Assembly (NCBI GenBank): GCA_028534125.1 | Contig: CM052817.1 | Span: 19,036,001 to 19,100,000 of the forward strand | From: Lama glama | Lineage: Eukaryota | Length of the DNA: 64,000 nt | Reading direction: 5' to 3' | In this document: positions 1 through 12,496 of the stretch, piece after piece | Numbering within the stretch: the first letter of the stretch is position 1 | Layout of the letters: each line of letters opens with the position of its first letter | The notes under the pieces: model-generated | What the model saw: the letters and a program-made list of their open reading frames with translations, nothing else | Databases searched by the model: none | Told to the model about the DNA's origin: nothing | Translations under genes and position numbers: made by a program

Positions 1-305
1 TGGCTATAATTATGTATAATATTGCTCTTTATTGTTCAGGCCTGCAGACATTTTCAATATGGATTGAGGCTCAGGACTATCAATGTTTAGGTCTAGGACA
101 GATAGAGCAGCAGGTAGCAAATGCCTACCTACATATTTTCATGGTTATCTCACACAATTCTAATGGTATTATAAGATGATCAAATTGACGTAATTTTTCT
201 TTGGATTCCATGGCAAAGCCAATTTTGGATCATAAAAACAGAATGCAATTAAGGGAATACTGTATTCCAAATAAATAGGTAATTTATTTATCATATAATA
301 TATTG

Positions 306-393
306 TTGAATATGTATGATTTTGAATATATTTTGAACATGAATGTCTTTTTGAATATGTACGTTTGAATATGTATATTTTTGGATGTGTATA
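306..393. repeat. Degenerate short tandem repeat (TTTGAATATGTA-like unit)
   Basis: About six imperfect copies of (t)ttgaatatgta / ttgaacatgaa / ttggatgtgta in ~90 bp. Confidence 0.55.
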
Positions 394-488
394 TCTAACC
401 TGAATTTTATTTCCTGAGAAAAGAGATGATAACCTAAACTTATTTTATATGGTTGTGGTAAATGCCAAGGAGTAGCTGTTTAAGTCTG

Positions 489-945
489 CAGTGCTTTTTG
501 GTCTCAGGACCCTTTATAGCCCTAAAAATTATTGAGCATCCCCAGAATGTCTGTGTTTATGCAGGTTAAAGATATTAATACTTTGAGTTAGAAATGAAAA
601 CCGAGAACAAAATAAAAATATTTATTTATTTTGAAATGATGATAAACCTATATATTAATACCTAGAACATATGTTGTGGAAAATGTATTTCACAAAACAA
701 AATAAATTAATGAGAACAGTGACATCATTCTACAGTTTTGCAAACTTTTTGGGCATCTGGCTTGACAGAAGTCACCTGGACTCTCAGAGGTACTCCTCCG
801 TTCAGCCTGCAGTGTGTGTGCTCTTTTGGTTGAAGTATGTGAAGAAAATCTGGTTTCATGCAGATAATGCAATTGGAAAGTGCAGAACCATGTGGACCCT
901 GAGAGAGTCCAAAGGACCCCCAAGGACTCCTGGGACCACACTGAG
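489..945 (-). mobile_element. hAT-Charlie DNA transposon, Charlie1 non-autonomous derivative (Charlie1b-like)
   Basis: Begins ...tttttggtctcaggaccctttat...aaaaattattgag, contains ttggttgaagtatgtgaagaaaatctgg, and ends ggacccccaaggactcctgggaccacact. These match both Charlie1 termini joined across an internal deletion. Confidence 0.8.
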
Positions 946-1129
946 CTTTAGGCCACTTTTCTGAGTAGAAAACAGTCAAAAGAGAACAATGGACTGATTC
1001 CCTTGAACCTTATCCCCTGATTAACTAGTTCAGAAAGGAGAACAGCAATGTTCTTAGAAATGTAAATGCATGTTATCACTGAGTAATCACATTACCCTAT
1101 AAATAAGATGCATGTGATAATGGCCTAGA

Positions 1130-1255
1130 TTTTAACTGCTAAACCAGAGACACGCAGACGAACATGTCTAAAACCACAATTGATGTGAGAGGACGCTGAG
1201 ATTTGGACTATGTCTGTTTGATTTCAAAGACTAAGCTCTTTCCACTATACCATCC
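1130..1255 (-). mobile_element. MIR SINE fragment
   Basis: gctgagatttggactatgtctgtttgatttcaaagactaagctctttccactatacca resembles the reverse-complemented MIR 5' half. Confidence 0.6.
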
Positions 1256-2009
1256 TAAGGGAAATTCAGTTCATTAACAGAGTTGACTGGTGGGAATTGA
1301 GAAGGGAATAGTTTCAACTGTCATTTGATGTGGTTTAACTTTGGAATATTACTTTTCTTATGTAATATTTAAGAGTTCCATTGCCTATATACTTTTTATC
1401 ATTGTTGTTGTTTGTTGTTTTCAGTATTTGTTTGTTGTTTTCAGTATTATTTTCAAAAGGATACTTAGGCTATACTGTGGACAATAATATTTATCCTCGG
1501 TGAGCACAGAAATATGTGTACCCTTAGTTTTTAGAGATTCTTCAATATACGTACTTTAGTTCATTGGTTGTATCGTATGCATAAAGTTAGAAGTTAGCTT
1601 TTCTTCTTCTTTATTGACAAGCAGTATCATCAGTATCTCTACGTGTATCTCTGATCTTCCACAAGACTGATTATTACAAAATCCTGACTCTTCCTAATAC
1701 TTGCCTTAGAAGACACTGATATAGGGGTGTATTTTCCTCAGTTCAAAAGACTGGGTAACTCCCTTTTCCATGGTCCTGAAATTAGTGACCATGCATTTGA
1801 AGAAAGAGAATCCATGGTTATATCCTTTAGCCTGATTTCAGTGCCATTCTTCCTCAAAATATCTTCCTTTGTGACTGGATCCATAGGCTTCCCGAGCCAC
1901 CCCTGGATATCAATCCCTGACAGCGGGAGTGTTTTCCCATTAAAATACATCTGTCCATGAGGTTGGATTTGAAAGGGTTAATAATTATTGGTCATAATTT
2001 AATTTTATG

Positions 2010-2140
2010 AATTCAGAGATATCATCAAACATTTGACTCTGTTTATGTTACTTTCCCTACATCCTTGGTGTGTGACTTTTATTCCTAAAATCACAAGATG
2101 GCTCCTTAGCCTTCACATTTCCCATTCTCATTCCAGGCGA
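2010..2140 (-). mobile_element. MaLR LTR fragment (MLT1J/K-like)
   Basis: catccttggtgtgtgacttttattcctaaaatcacaagatggctcc...cattccaggc resembles the MLT1J core (tcacaagatggctgc). Confidence 0.5.
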
Positions 2141-2324
2141 AGAAAGCTTACATTGTAGTTCTGTGAGGCAGACTGTTAAACAAACAAGTAAAATAGTTAA
2201 AATGGGATTGAGATGACAAAGAGAAAGGGTGCCATTTTAAAGACTATGGTGAGAGTAGACCTCAATAATAATAAAACATTTGGATGGAGACTTGGAAGTG
2301 TTGAAAGATGAAACCATTTGGATA

Positions 2325-2480
2325 TTTTTTTTACACCTTTATTGTTGTATGGTTCCTGTACAGTAAACTACACATATTTCAAATATACAATTTGATGAAT
2401 TTCGATAGATGTATACACCAGTGAAACCACCACCACAATCAAGATAGCTAGCTAACATTTCTATCACTCCCCAAGAGGTT
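2325..2480 (-). mobile_element. Old L1M (L1MB/MC-like) 3' end
   Basis: T tract followed by tacagtaaactacacatatttcaaatatacaatttgatgaatttcgatagatgtatacaccagtgaaaccaccaccacaatcaagata. Confidence 0.7.
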
Positions 2481-2870
2481 CAATTTTCGAATTCCCAGTG
2501 TATCCCTTCTCACTCCCTCTACCCGCTGGTAACCATGTTTGTTCTCTATGTCTGTGAATCTGTTTCTGTTCTGTAGATAAGTTCATTTGTGTCCTTTTTT
2601 TAGATTCCACATGTAAGTGATACCATATGGCATTTTTCTTTCTCTTTCTGGCTTACTTCACTTAGAATGACAATCTCCATTAATGTTGCTGCAAATGGCA
2701 TTTTTATGGCTGAGTAGTATTCCATTGTATAAATATACCACAACTTCTTTATCCAGTCATTTGTCAGTGGACATTTGGGCTGTTTCCATGTCTTGGCTGT
2801 TGTAAATAGTGCAACCATGAATATTGGGATGCATGTGTCTTTTTGAATTAAATTTTTCTCTGGATGGATT
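2481..2870 (-). mobile_element. Younger lineage-specific L1: ORF2 C-terminus plus partial 3' UTR
   Basis: ORF 2600..2944 contains the L1 ORF2 C-terminus (KDTCIPIFMVALFTTAKTWKQPKCP...WIKKLWYIYTMEYYSAIK...ILSEVSQKEK). Closely similar to the copy at 11293-11925. Confidence 0.92.
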
Positions 2871-3244
2871 TCTGAGGTAGTTAAAGGAAATGATAAATCA
2901 GAATTCTGAGACAGAGTGTCCAGAGTAAGTGCAGTGATCATCATGGGGTGGAGGTGAGCAGAGAGGAATGAGCTAGAGGTTCCATAATAGGAGACGTGGT
3001 CAGAGATGTAAAGCAGATTGAATAGGGCTTTTAGGACATGGTTATAAGTTTACCCTTTCCTATAAAATGGTAAATCATTGGGATAAGTGTAGAGAGTTGG
3101 AGGAACTTGAAGAGAGGATCTGCCATACTATGCTAAATAACATTAAAAATGGTATATGAAATAATTTACTCACCATAACAGTACTCTGTTATGTATGTTG
3201 TTTCATTTAGTGTTCATGATAAAGGCTGAAATATATAGATAAGG

Positions 3245-3400
3245 CAGATATCATTCTCTTTTTTTATAAGGGAGGAGATGAAGCTCAGTAAACATATGCT
3301 GCTTATAAAAAAATTAACCAGCTTATTATTTGCAGAGCTGGGACACAGACCCAAATGCTGGCCTCCTGCTCCAGAAGCAATTTCCACCATGCCCTGCTGC
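3245..3400 (-). mobile_element. MIR SINE
   Basis: gaggagatgaagctcag...gcagagctgggacacagacccaaatgctggcctcc...ttccaccatgccctgctgcc. Confidence 0.65.
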
Positions 3401-3486
3401 CATATTTGTCTTTTCAATGTGGGTATCATTTATTTTTACTGTTTTGGAAGTAAGTAAATTTTTATTTTATTTTTGACTCATATATT

Positions 3487-3822
3487 TGCTAAGAGATAAA
3501 CTGAGGCATATTGAAATTTTTGAGAATATATTTGAGCAGAAATTGATTCCACTTGGCCAGTGCCAAACCAGAAGTGGTGAGGAGTGCTCCACCAACAGGA
3601 GCTGGGGGAGAGACAGCTCTATAGAGAAAAGGGAGAAGCAAAGAAAGGAAATTATTGATTGGCGATAGCTTAACGTCTAGTTGGCTATTTGTAGTTGGTT
3701 GTCCTTAGGTTTCAGTTTCATAACGTTGAGGTATTTATAAGCTTAGATTTTGGTTCGCTTAAGCAGGTCACCATGGCATTAGAGACTCCTCAGTTTAAGG
3801 ACTTTCTTGTTTAGTTAACTTA
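3487..3822 (-). mobile_element. ERV1-class solo LTR (subfamily not assigned)
   Basis: ~335 bp with TG start and aactgaggcatattgaaatt...gaaattattgattggc...ggcattagagactcctcagt, typical of antisense ERV1 LTRs. TSD not clear. Confidence 0.65.
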
Positions 3823-4479
3823 CTCTTTGAAAGCTTTGCTTTCTGGAAATTCTCATGCAGTGAATTAGCAGCTGTTGAGACTGATAGAACTTTGTTGAGC
3901 TTCAGCTTTATCTTTTTTTCCAATATAAAAGCATCTGCATGAATAAGAAGAGTAACAATTTCTCCATATTGTCATGAGTTTAATGGAAGATAGCATTAAC
4001 AATCCTGTCTAAACCAGGTGGATAAAAAACAACCTCTATCCACCCTTGTTCTGATAGTGTTGACTTCAGAACACAAGATGTCAGTCCCATAAGACATGCT
4101 TAATTCTGGGCCCCACACTCAAGTGGAAAATATCTGCCAATCACTTAGAACACTCTGCCAAGTGCCACCTTTGCACCCTTGTACAACTGGTAATTTTAAT
4201 GGCATCCTTTTTTATTCCCTTCTCGGATGCATGGTGAACTGGCTGCTTTAACATTAGACTTATTTTCTCTAACAACTTTCAAAAGATGTTTTGATTGAAT
4301 ATATAATATGAGTTTAGAGGCTAGGTGTTTAAAAAAAATTTACCTATTATAAAAGTTCTGTATGATTATTAGCAATCATTTGGAATATTCATAAATATAA
4401 AGATAAAAATTTATCTCCTCACCATTAAAATAATTACATTAGAATGCTCGCATAATAAACACACATATTTGAAATCTTA

Positions 4480-4780
4480 ATTAATAGTCTTGCATTTTTT
4501 CACTAGATAATATATCATAAATATTCTCCTAAGCAGCTTATTAGTTTTCAAAAACATGATGGGTAAAATATCCCATACTGTGGATTATGGTGATTTTATT
4601 AAGGATAACATCACTGGAAATTTTGGAAAGATATTAGTAGTAAGCAAAATATTTTGAATATTGTATATTCATTCTCAAATTGCTTTCCAATAAAGTTTGT
4701 AATGACTTATCCTCCTGAATGAAGTCTATGAGAATTCTTATCTCACTATATCCTTGCCTCTAGTATTGAATATTGTCATT
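4480..4780 (-). mobile_element. Degenerate L1ME fragment
   Basis: caaattgctttccaataaagtttgtaatgacttatcctcc...ctatgagaattcttatctcactatatccttgcc resembles antisense L1 ORF2 3' region. Confidence 0.5.
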
Positions 4781-5049
4781 GCAGCTGGCTTTGATCCTCA
4801 TGTTTGATGGCTGCAGGAAAGCTGCTCCACTTCTAAAATCCTATTTATGTTTTGGGCAGTTGGAAGCATAAAGTTAAAGAGAAAATAGCTGAGTCTTCCC
4901 ATAGTGTATATATATTTTTTCCAGTAGATACCTTCTCATCCCCAGCAGCATTCTGTTTCTGTTCATAAAGGAAAAAGAAGACTGAACCTTGAGTTAGCAA
5001 GTCACAGTGTCTGCTGTGGAGGTCAGTATTGCATCGCCACTAGACAAAG

Positions 5050-5250
5050 CAAGTTCATGTCTCAGCCCTGGTGTTTACCAGCTGTATCTTTTTGTGCAAG
5101 CAGCTTCATCTCTTCAGTCTCAGCTTTTTATCCATCAAATGGGGCAAGTAATAGTGCCGCAATTACATGATTTTAAAGAGGATTAAACAAATTATTATAA
5201 AAAAGTTGATCATGTATCTGACATTTTGAAGGCATTTTATTAAATGTGTA
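5050..5250 (+). mobile_element. MIR SINE
   Basis: ttaccagctgtatc...gcaagcagcttcatctcttcagtctcagctttttatccatcaaatggggcaagtaatagt is the MIR core. Confidence 0.7.
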
Positions 5251-6054
5251 CAATTGTAATAACTGTAATTACTATGTGCCCATAAGACTTTTAGATGTCA
5301 TGATATTTTAAAGATAGACATATTCATATTTTATACATTTTATGTTTTGTCCCTGTCATTAGAAATATTCATATCTTCTAACTGGTTTTAAAGGGAAATA
5401 AAGGAAGACTTAACTTTTGTATATTTCTTAATAAATTTCCAATCCTAAATCAATTAGATTTTCTATATAGTCCTAACACCTTATCTCCCCTTTCTCAAAA
5501 GTTATAGCTTAATTTTCTTATCATGTATTATTACTTTGACTAATGTTTCTAAGGCAGTGTTGTGAAATGATGTAGATCCAAATATGACAAAAACAAGAAG
5601 AAAAAAGAAACATACAACCATAAATTGGCAAATGTTATGCTGTATGATAAGCATATTCATTATGAGATAACTTAAAGACGCAACAGAATGATATAAAGTG
5701 GCACTAATTAATTCAAGTATCTTTAGAAATAATTACATTTTGAACATTTTACATAAAGTAACATAAGAAGAAACAGGTAGAATAAAAGAAACAATGAGTT
5801 AATTTTTATGGTAGCTGAATTCCTCAATGTAAAAATCTGTATGGGACTGAATAGATTTTGTGGATAAATTCTATAAAACGGGGTATAGCTACAATAATCA
5901 TGTTAGAAGAAAATCTTCCAAATTCACTTTATAAAAGCTAACATGATTTTGATACAGAAATATAACAAAATCCCTATTGAATCAGTCACCCCCAAAGTTA
6001 ATACTGTATGATAGAATTCAATATTGAAGATTATGTTGTAAGTTATCAGTAATA

Positions 6055-6275
6055 CAGTTGAGCCCTGAACAACATGGTGTTAGGGGTGCTGCCCCCCCAT
6101 ACAGTTGAAAATCTGAATATAACTTTACAGTCAGTCCTCCTCTGTAGCCACAGGCCAAATCTACAGTTTCAACCAACAGTGAATGATATGCTTTTTAGTA
6201 TGTGTTTATTGAAAAAAATATCCACACATAAGTGGACCCATGGAGTTCAAACCTATGTTGTTCAAGAGGCAACTG
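6055..6275 (+). mobile_element. TcMar-Tigger MITE, MER8 (Tigger2 family)
   Basis: Terminal inverted repeats cagttgagccctgaacaacatgg / cctatgttgttcaagaggcaactg, TA duplication on both sides (6053-6054, 6276-6277), 221 bp. Confidence 0.9.
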
Positions 6276-6454
6276 TACTTAAAAGCAGTTCTTGGCAATT
6301 GGAAAGCAAAAGCTTTTAAATTATTTTAAATCTTTTTTATTATCTCATATAATAAAAAAGCATTTTGTATTATCTTACATAATAAAAAGCAGAAGTATTA
6401 TTTCTTTGAAAGTTCTTACTTATCTGGAAAAACACAAACATTTAGTAAAATGTT

Positions 6455-7003
6455 TGTCAAAGGAAAAGTTGCACCGAACAAAGTAAAACAGTCGAGGAAG
6501 ACTTTATTCACTACTGCAAAAGGGGAGAAAGGCCAGAATTCAGTCTGTGCTCAACTTTGCCAAAAAGAAAGGGCTGGGGAGAATTTTTAAGAGCTGGAGT
6601 GGGGGACTCTTAGCCCACCTTTGTTTGCGAATTGGCCTTATCCAAAGGAAAAGTAAACTTTCTCTTAGCTTTCTGGTGGGAGGTTGAACAACTTAACATG
6701 GTGGGTGAAGCTGGGCTCCTACCTTCTCACAGAAACTTGAAGATAGGGGTGGTGCCAGGGGGCTATCTTGCTTGATGATTTTATTTCAAAGAGATGGTTC
6801 CCATGTCCTTCAGAAAGACATTCCTGGGTTGTAACACTGGCAAGAAGTTTTTAAAAACATAATATCTCAAAGGGGAAGGGAGAAGAGTTAACAGGTCTTC
6901 CAAAGTAAATGTTTTCAGAAAAGGCAGTTCAGGTTATAGAGTCAGGAAGAAGTCTGTCTAAAGTTTAGTCAAATTGAAGGAAATGCTAAAGCCATCCCAG
7001 TTA
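6455..7003 (-). mobile_element. ERV1 solo LTR, MER31-like
   Basis: Starts tgtcaaaggaaaagttgcacc, has tttatt (AATAAA on minus) near 6500, ends gagtcaggaagaagtctgtctaaagtttagtcaaattgaaggaa...ccagtta, which matches the reverse-complemented MER31 5' end. Confidence 0.75.
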
Positions 7004-7619
7004 CTCCATACAGGAATATATAGACTATAAATATGAATGATGTACATATTTGACAAAATAGAAGATATAATAATACAATAGAAAAACAGTTTCCTTTCAT
7101 AAAAACAGAAGACAAAATTTAAGAATAAATCAAAGAGAACTGTACAGAAACCTTTTAAAAATACAGAAAAGTTAACTAAAGAATTTCAAATTAGACTTCC
7201 ATAAAATAATTTTTCCTAAGTTCATGAATGGGAATATTCAACATCATAAAGGTTATGTAAAATACAAAACTAAAAATAAAATAATTAATGGAATTAAAAT
7301 GTAAAATTCAATAGGATTTTAGCTTGGTATTTGACTTAATAATATAAATGTTTATTTGACAAAATAAAGGCATAAAGTGGACAAAGCATATTTTGAAAAA
7401 GAGGATAATTAAAATTTAATTTGTTGTATCAGTTTTGAAAACGTGTTGATAAAAGTTCTGTGATGGTAGTAGTGCTGTAAACATGGAGACAGAGCATGGA
7501 ACAGTGCAGGAAGTATCAATATTTAGGTAAGGACTTTGTGATAAAGATGGCATTACAAATCTGTTAGGAAACAGATTGGTTATTACATTAGCGGCAGTAT
7601 GATAGCTCGTGATGCGCGT

Positions 7620-7890
7620 TACAGGTTCTCAGGATTTTCAGATTCAAAGACATCAAGCAAAGTGTTACATGTAGGGGCTGTGACGTCAAGTTGAAGGGTG
7701 AGATTCTCAGCTCTCACTCCAGAACTTTGGGAAATTCTCTTTTCCACTGTGTGCTCAGTCTCTTTCAAAAAATGGGCATTGTAATAGTCATTGATCCTTA
7801 GATGTTTTTAAAGATTACATCAAATATATATTATTTAGCACTTACACAATGACTAACATATATTATAATTTCCTTAAATATAAACTATTT
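7620..7890 (+). mobile_element. MIR SINE (degenerate)
   Basis: actttgggaaatt...tgtgtgctcagtctctttcaaaaaatgggcattgtaatagt...gcacttacacaatgactaacata. Confidence 0.55.
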
Positions 7891-8019
7891 GTCTATCATT
7901 AGTTACAAATGAATGACGGTATTTCCAGTATTCTTGGTCTTAACCTTTTATCATCAAGTACTTGTAGATATTACTGTATTGTCAGTTAGAATGTAGTATA
8001 CCAATCAGCTAAGCATATT

Positions 8020-8390
8020 TTCATTAAACAACTGTTTATAGATTGCCTAGCAATTTTCTAGGCATTTTGGGAGACAACAGTGTGCCAGGCAAGGTTAAGT
8101 TGATTAGGTTAACAAAGATAATAAATAACTAAGTGAATAAATAAGGTATTAGCCAGAAACAAATTCAACTCTGAGAATTAAATAGGTTGTTGGAATATTG
8201 AGGGGTTGTTAAAACAATGGTAATAAGCCAGCACTGCTGCAGTGCACTGGGCAAAGAGGAAACTGATGGGATACACAGCTTTAGAGGGAGGCGGGTGCTG
8301 GATACTGGTTTCAAAAGCCAGGAAACGGAGTTAGAATTATATGCTCATAGGATGGAAAACTATTAGAATGTTTTGAGTAAGAAAGTGTAA
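8020..8390 (-). mobile_element. L2 remnant
   Basis: tcattaaacaactgtttatagattgccta...ctaggcattttgggagac, and ggagttagaattatatgc...ttttgagtaagaaagtg. Confidence 0.5.
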
Positions 8391-9036
8391 GAAAAGGACA
8401 AGTATCAGCAACGGTCTGAAAGCTAGAATAGTTAATATATTGACTTAGATTCTTCTTCTTTTATAAAAAGAAAAGATTATTCATGTCTTGAATCACCAAG
8501 AGACAAATAACATTGGGAACCTAAATTAGAACTTTTTGAAGTTGGTTAAATCTAGGTCCAGAGGCACAAGTTTATATTGATGCACAGTGTAAATGAATTA
8601 CTCTCAGGCCCTGGCAATTATGGCATATTGAGTATGCAATAATTATAGTATAATGAGATAATGAAGAGACTCTGTCAGGCTTTTTGAGGCAGAGAGGCTT
8701 GAGGATACAAATATTTGAAAACGGAGAATACCAATTAGTTTTCATGCTGTCCTATTAGTAGGACAGAGAATTACATTTTGTCAATTCTGTGGTGAAAGGA
8801 GGGCAGGAGGGAAACAAAATGTAGCTCACATGGCGGTGTTCGTGTTGAACAAGTCATGGCCATTATATGCTGGAAACAACAAAGTAATTAAAAATCAGAT
8901 TTCCCTGCCAGCAAAAGCCACCTCTGAACTATTGTGACACAAGTGATACACAGGACGATGCTGCTGGCTGATTCCTGTATTCTCTCTATTTGCTTGAAAT
9001 CAGGATCCCCAGTGTGATATTTATCAGTACGTCTGT

Positions 9037-9062
9037 AAAAAAAAAAAAAAAAAAAAAAAAAA
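9037..9062 (+). repeat. A26 homopolymer
   Basis: 26 consecutive A with no recognisable retroelement body upstream. Confidence 0.95.
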
Positions 9063-11292
9063 CTTAGCATCAATTTTTGTTAATTACCATCATATTTATG
9101 TCCTAGCTGTTTGATCTCTACCAGGCCTGGAAGGGTCGATTAAACTGTATTTAAATTTATTCTGCTTCATAGGTGTCCAGTAAAATGAACACTGTAAGTA
9201 GCTGTGCTCTAGGGTTAATTTGTTCTGTAAAATTACCCATATCTCCAGAGTATTCATTAGTGGAATAAAACAGAGAACTAATCTAGATGCTGAAGGATTA
9301 TCATTATTGCCATACGGATATCGTTGATAAATTTCCAACTGGGATTACCTCCCAGGGCCTGAATAAACAACGTAGAGTATATCAAATCTCAGCTCGCACA
9401 TATATCTTGCAAAAAATACAGATGAAATTGCTGAGAATTGCAGGCCAGTCAAAACATTATGAAGCTACTTGCTGCAGTAATTTATTGAAGAGTTTTTCAA
9501 TGACATTTTGATGCTCAACAGATAACTCTAGCGAGTGTTATTAAGACATAAATTAAACCTAAAATTCTACTGTAACACTCAGCACATTTCAACTATTCAA
9601 ATGCATTTTCAAGCATCCTTTGGCCTTTTGAGACTGATAATAACATAAAAGTTGATAGTTCCTATAGGAATCAAAGTACGTTGTAGCTTTAAAATACACA
9701 CACACACACATACACAGAAGAAAAGGAAAATTAAGATCACATTAATATCTGTCACCTTTTGGAAATAGACATACTGTAAATTTTGCTATAATTTCTTATT
9801 TTTAAAATTTTTGTTCTTTGCATTTTCATAGTTGTATTACAAAATACTCATGCTGTAGAGATGGTGTGTACAAAGTTAAACACGAAAGCTCTCAGCTCCT
9901 ATTCATACTCTTCATTCTCCATGTTAGTTGGTTGTGGCTTGCTGTGAATTTTTCCACTTCTTGTTCTATTCATTGTCTTGCCTATACTGTCCATTCATCG
10001 GTTTAGAATTTTTACTCAAATTGGATGAAGCTTTGATTTATTTTTTCCTGCAGTTTGATATTTTTAGCTTAATATTTTGAGTTGGAGCAATTCCTTGAGG
10101 AAGACCAAGTAACTCACAGGATAGAAAGAAGAAATGAACCTTTGGGCAGCTCTTCTGTTAATACCAGTAGCAGTAGTTTGCTGATCATCCAGGGCCCTGA
10201 CATTAGGTAGAAAACCCTTTAATTTTTCTATGCTAATTAAATTTTAAAACAGTAGAACTATTATAGAACATGAATATGTATAAAGAGCCTTTTTTGTTTA
10301 ACATTGCATCACTAGTATTTCCCCATATCGTGACACTGTAATTTTAAAATTTTCATGTGGTCCATTGTATGCAGTCACCATCATATACCTAAGTATTACA
10401 TTATTACATCTTTCCGTCTTTAACATTAGAGTTTTTTTTTTCCTGCCAATAAATCAGGCTGTGATTCATATTTTGGAGCATAAATCTTTTTTCCCAGTTG
10501 AGTTCAATTTCTTAGCATAGATTCTCATGAGTGAAATTACGTTTTAAAACTATTAACACTTTCAAATCATCTGTAACTTTTCATTTAAATTGAGGTTAAA
10601 GAAAGAATTCTTTTCTTTAAAGCCCAAAAATGATATTAAGAGCAATTGTGGTCGCCTAATGAAATGAAAGCCTTTTAATTGTTTTGTTTTAAATGCTCCA
10701 GCTGATTATATTTTCATGATTACTGTTCATTAATGCTGATTATCTCTCATGGCTACCAGACTTATTATGTCCTTGGAACTGCTCTGGCTCTACACTGCTA
10801 ATTGCATTTTTGCTAGTAGCTCTATTTATTTAGAATTCCTAGTGCATGTTCAAGTGCATTGAAAGAATAGATATCTCAAAAACATTATACGGAAATTGAA
10901 TCAGCTAACACTTTCCTGACAATATTGAGAACCCTACTTGATCATCCACTAATAAGAAAAAAAAGGCTCATATTTATATCATTTTCCCCTCCACACCAAT
11001 CTTACGTTGTGTCTAATTGGTATCTCTGTATTAGTTAGGCTTCAGTAGCAAATTGAATTTGTAAGAAAAAGTTGGAGTAACTCAGAGAAGTGAAGAAAGA
11101 GCTGAGCAAACAATTTTGGAGAAGTCTGTTGACCTCTTCAGGCAGCTGCCATTAATACAAGTAGTTCCAGTGATTCCCAGTTTTTGCTGTTTCCCAGTCT
11201 AAATTTCATATATCCAATAATAAGTGTTCAATTAAGTTAGTCGTGATCCAAATACAGATTTTTTTTTACACCTTGAATCACTCTTTGGTAGA

Positions 11293-11925
11293 ATTTATTT
11301 TATTTTATATATATGTTTATTCAAGTATAATCAGTTTATAATGTGTCAATTTCTGATGTATATTGTAGTACTTCATCTTACAGTAACATAGATATATTCG
11401 CTTTCATATTCTTTTTCACCATAGGCTACTACAAGATATTGAATATAGTTCCTAGAGCTATACAATATAAACTTGTTGTTTATCTATTTTATATACAGTA
11501 ATCAGTATCTGCAAATCTTGAACTCCCAATTTATCCCTTTCCACCCCCTGCCCTTCAGGTAACTATGTGTCTTCTGTGTCTGTGAGTCTGTTTTGTTAAT
11601 AAGTTTGTTTGTCTTTCTTTTTTTTTTAGATTCCATCTATAAGTGATATCCTATGGTATTTTTCTTTCTCTTTCTGGCTTACTTCACTTAGAATGACATT
11701 CTCCAGATCCATCCATGTTGTTGTAAATGGCATTATTTTATTGTGTCTGGTGACTGAGTAGTATTCCATTGTGTAAATATACCACAACTTCTTTATCCAG
11801 TCATCTGTCAATGGACATTTAGGTTGTTCCCATGTCTTGGCTTTTGTAAATAGTGCTGCTGTGAACACTGGGGTGCATGTATCTTTTTGAATGTATGTAT
11901 AGATGTGTGCCCAGGAGTGGGATTG
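11293..11925 (-). mobile_element. 5'-truncated lineage-specific L1: ORF2 C-terminus, 3' UTR and tail
   Basis: ORF 11626..12024 contains QKDTCTPVFTAALFTKAKTWEQPKCP...WMDLENVILSEVSQKEKEKY. T-rich tail at the left end. Confidence 0.93.
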
Positions 11926-11950
11926 TAATGCACACCTAGTTGTTGGGGAC

Positions 11951-12496
11951 TGTAGAGCTGCAAAATTTGCCACCTTGAAATGTCTCTTTAGTAAGCAGGC
12001 TCTTTGGTAACTGAAAACAATCAAGGCCCAAATGACTCAGGAAGAAATTTTGACCTTCTCCCTTACTGCCTACAAGAGAAGTGCCTATTACTGGAATAGA
12101 ACTATCACCAGAGATACCTGCAAAGAATATGTGCTAGGTTGGTGGGGGAAACTCAGGCAAGATCAGGGTCCACCCTGTGTCCCCATGGTCTCTGCATGAC
12201 CTAGCAAACATTTATTTACAAAACATTTGCTTTTCCATCTTCATGTGAATTACCTTCCTCCCCTTTGAAGTCCCAAACCATTACCCCTAACTTTCTCTTT
12301 TGCCTGTAGCTGAAGATGGTATTTAAAGTGAAGGTGTTAGCCATTTTGGCAAGTTACTCAGTTTCCTGGGTCTCCTGTGTATCCATGTTATTAAACTTTG
12401 TTTGATTTTCTCCTATTAATATGTTAATGTCAATTTAATTCTGAGACCAGCCAGAAGAACCCAGAAGGGTAGAAGAAAATTTCTTTCTCCTAGACA
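11951..12496 (+). mobile_element. ERV1 solo LTR, MER34-family
   Basis: TG...CA termini (tgtagagctgcaaaatttgccacc ... ctcctagaca), perfect 4-bp TSD GGAC (11947-11950, 12497-12500), TATA-like tatttaaa (~12320) and ATTAAA (~12390). Confidence 0.85.

Larger units (their letters stand above)
2160..3090 (-). mobile_element. L2 LINE remnant, interrupted at ~2325-2870 by L1 sequence
   Basis: Purine-rich L2-antisense motifs on both sides of the L1: acatttggatggagacttggaag, and ggagacgtggtcagagatgta...gggcttttaggacatggt. Confidence 0.55.
5750..7600 (+). mobile_element. Highly degenerate old L1 ORF2 remnants hosting MER8 and MER31-like insertions
   Basis: A-rich strand with L1 ORF2-like segments (cttccaaattcactttataaaagctaacatgattttgataca; gttcatgaatgggaatattcaacatcataaag; gataaagatggcattacaaatc). 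Confidence 0.5.

Noticed and set aside
306..393. CRISPR-like or functional repeat array
   Set aside because: Eukaryotic AT-rich degenerate tandem repeat with no unique spacers and no cas genes.
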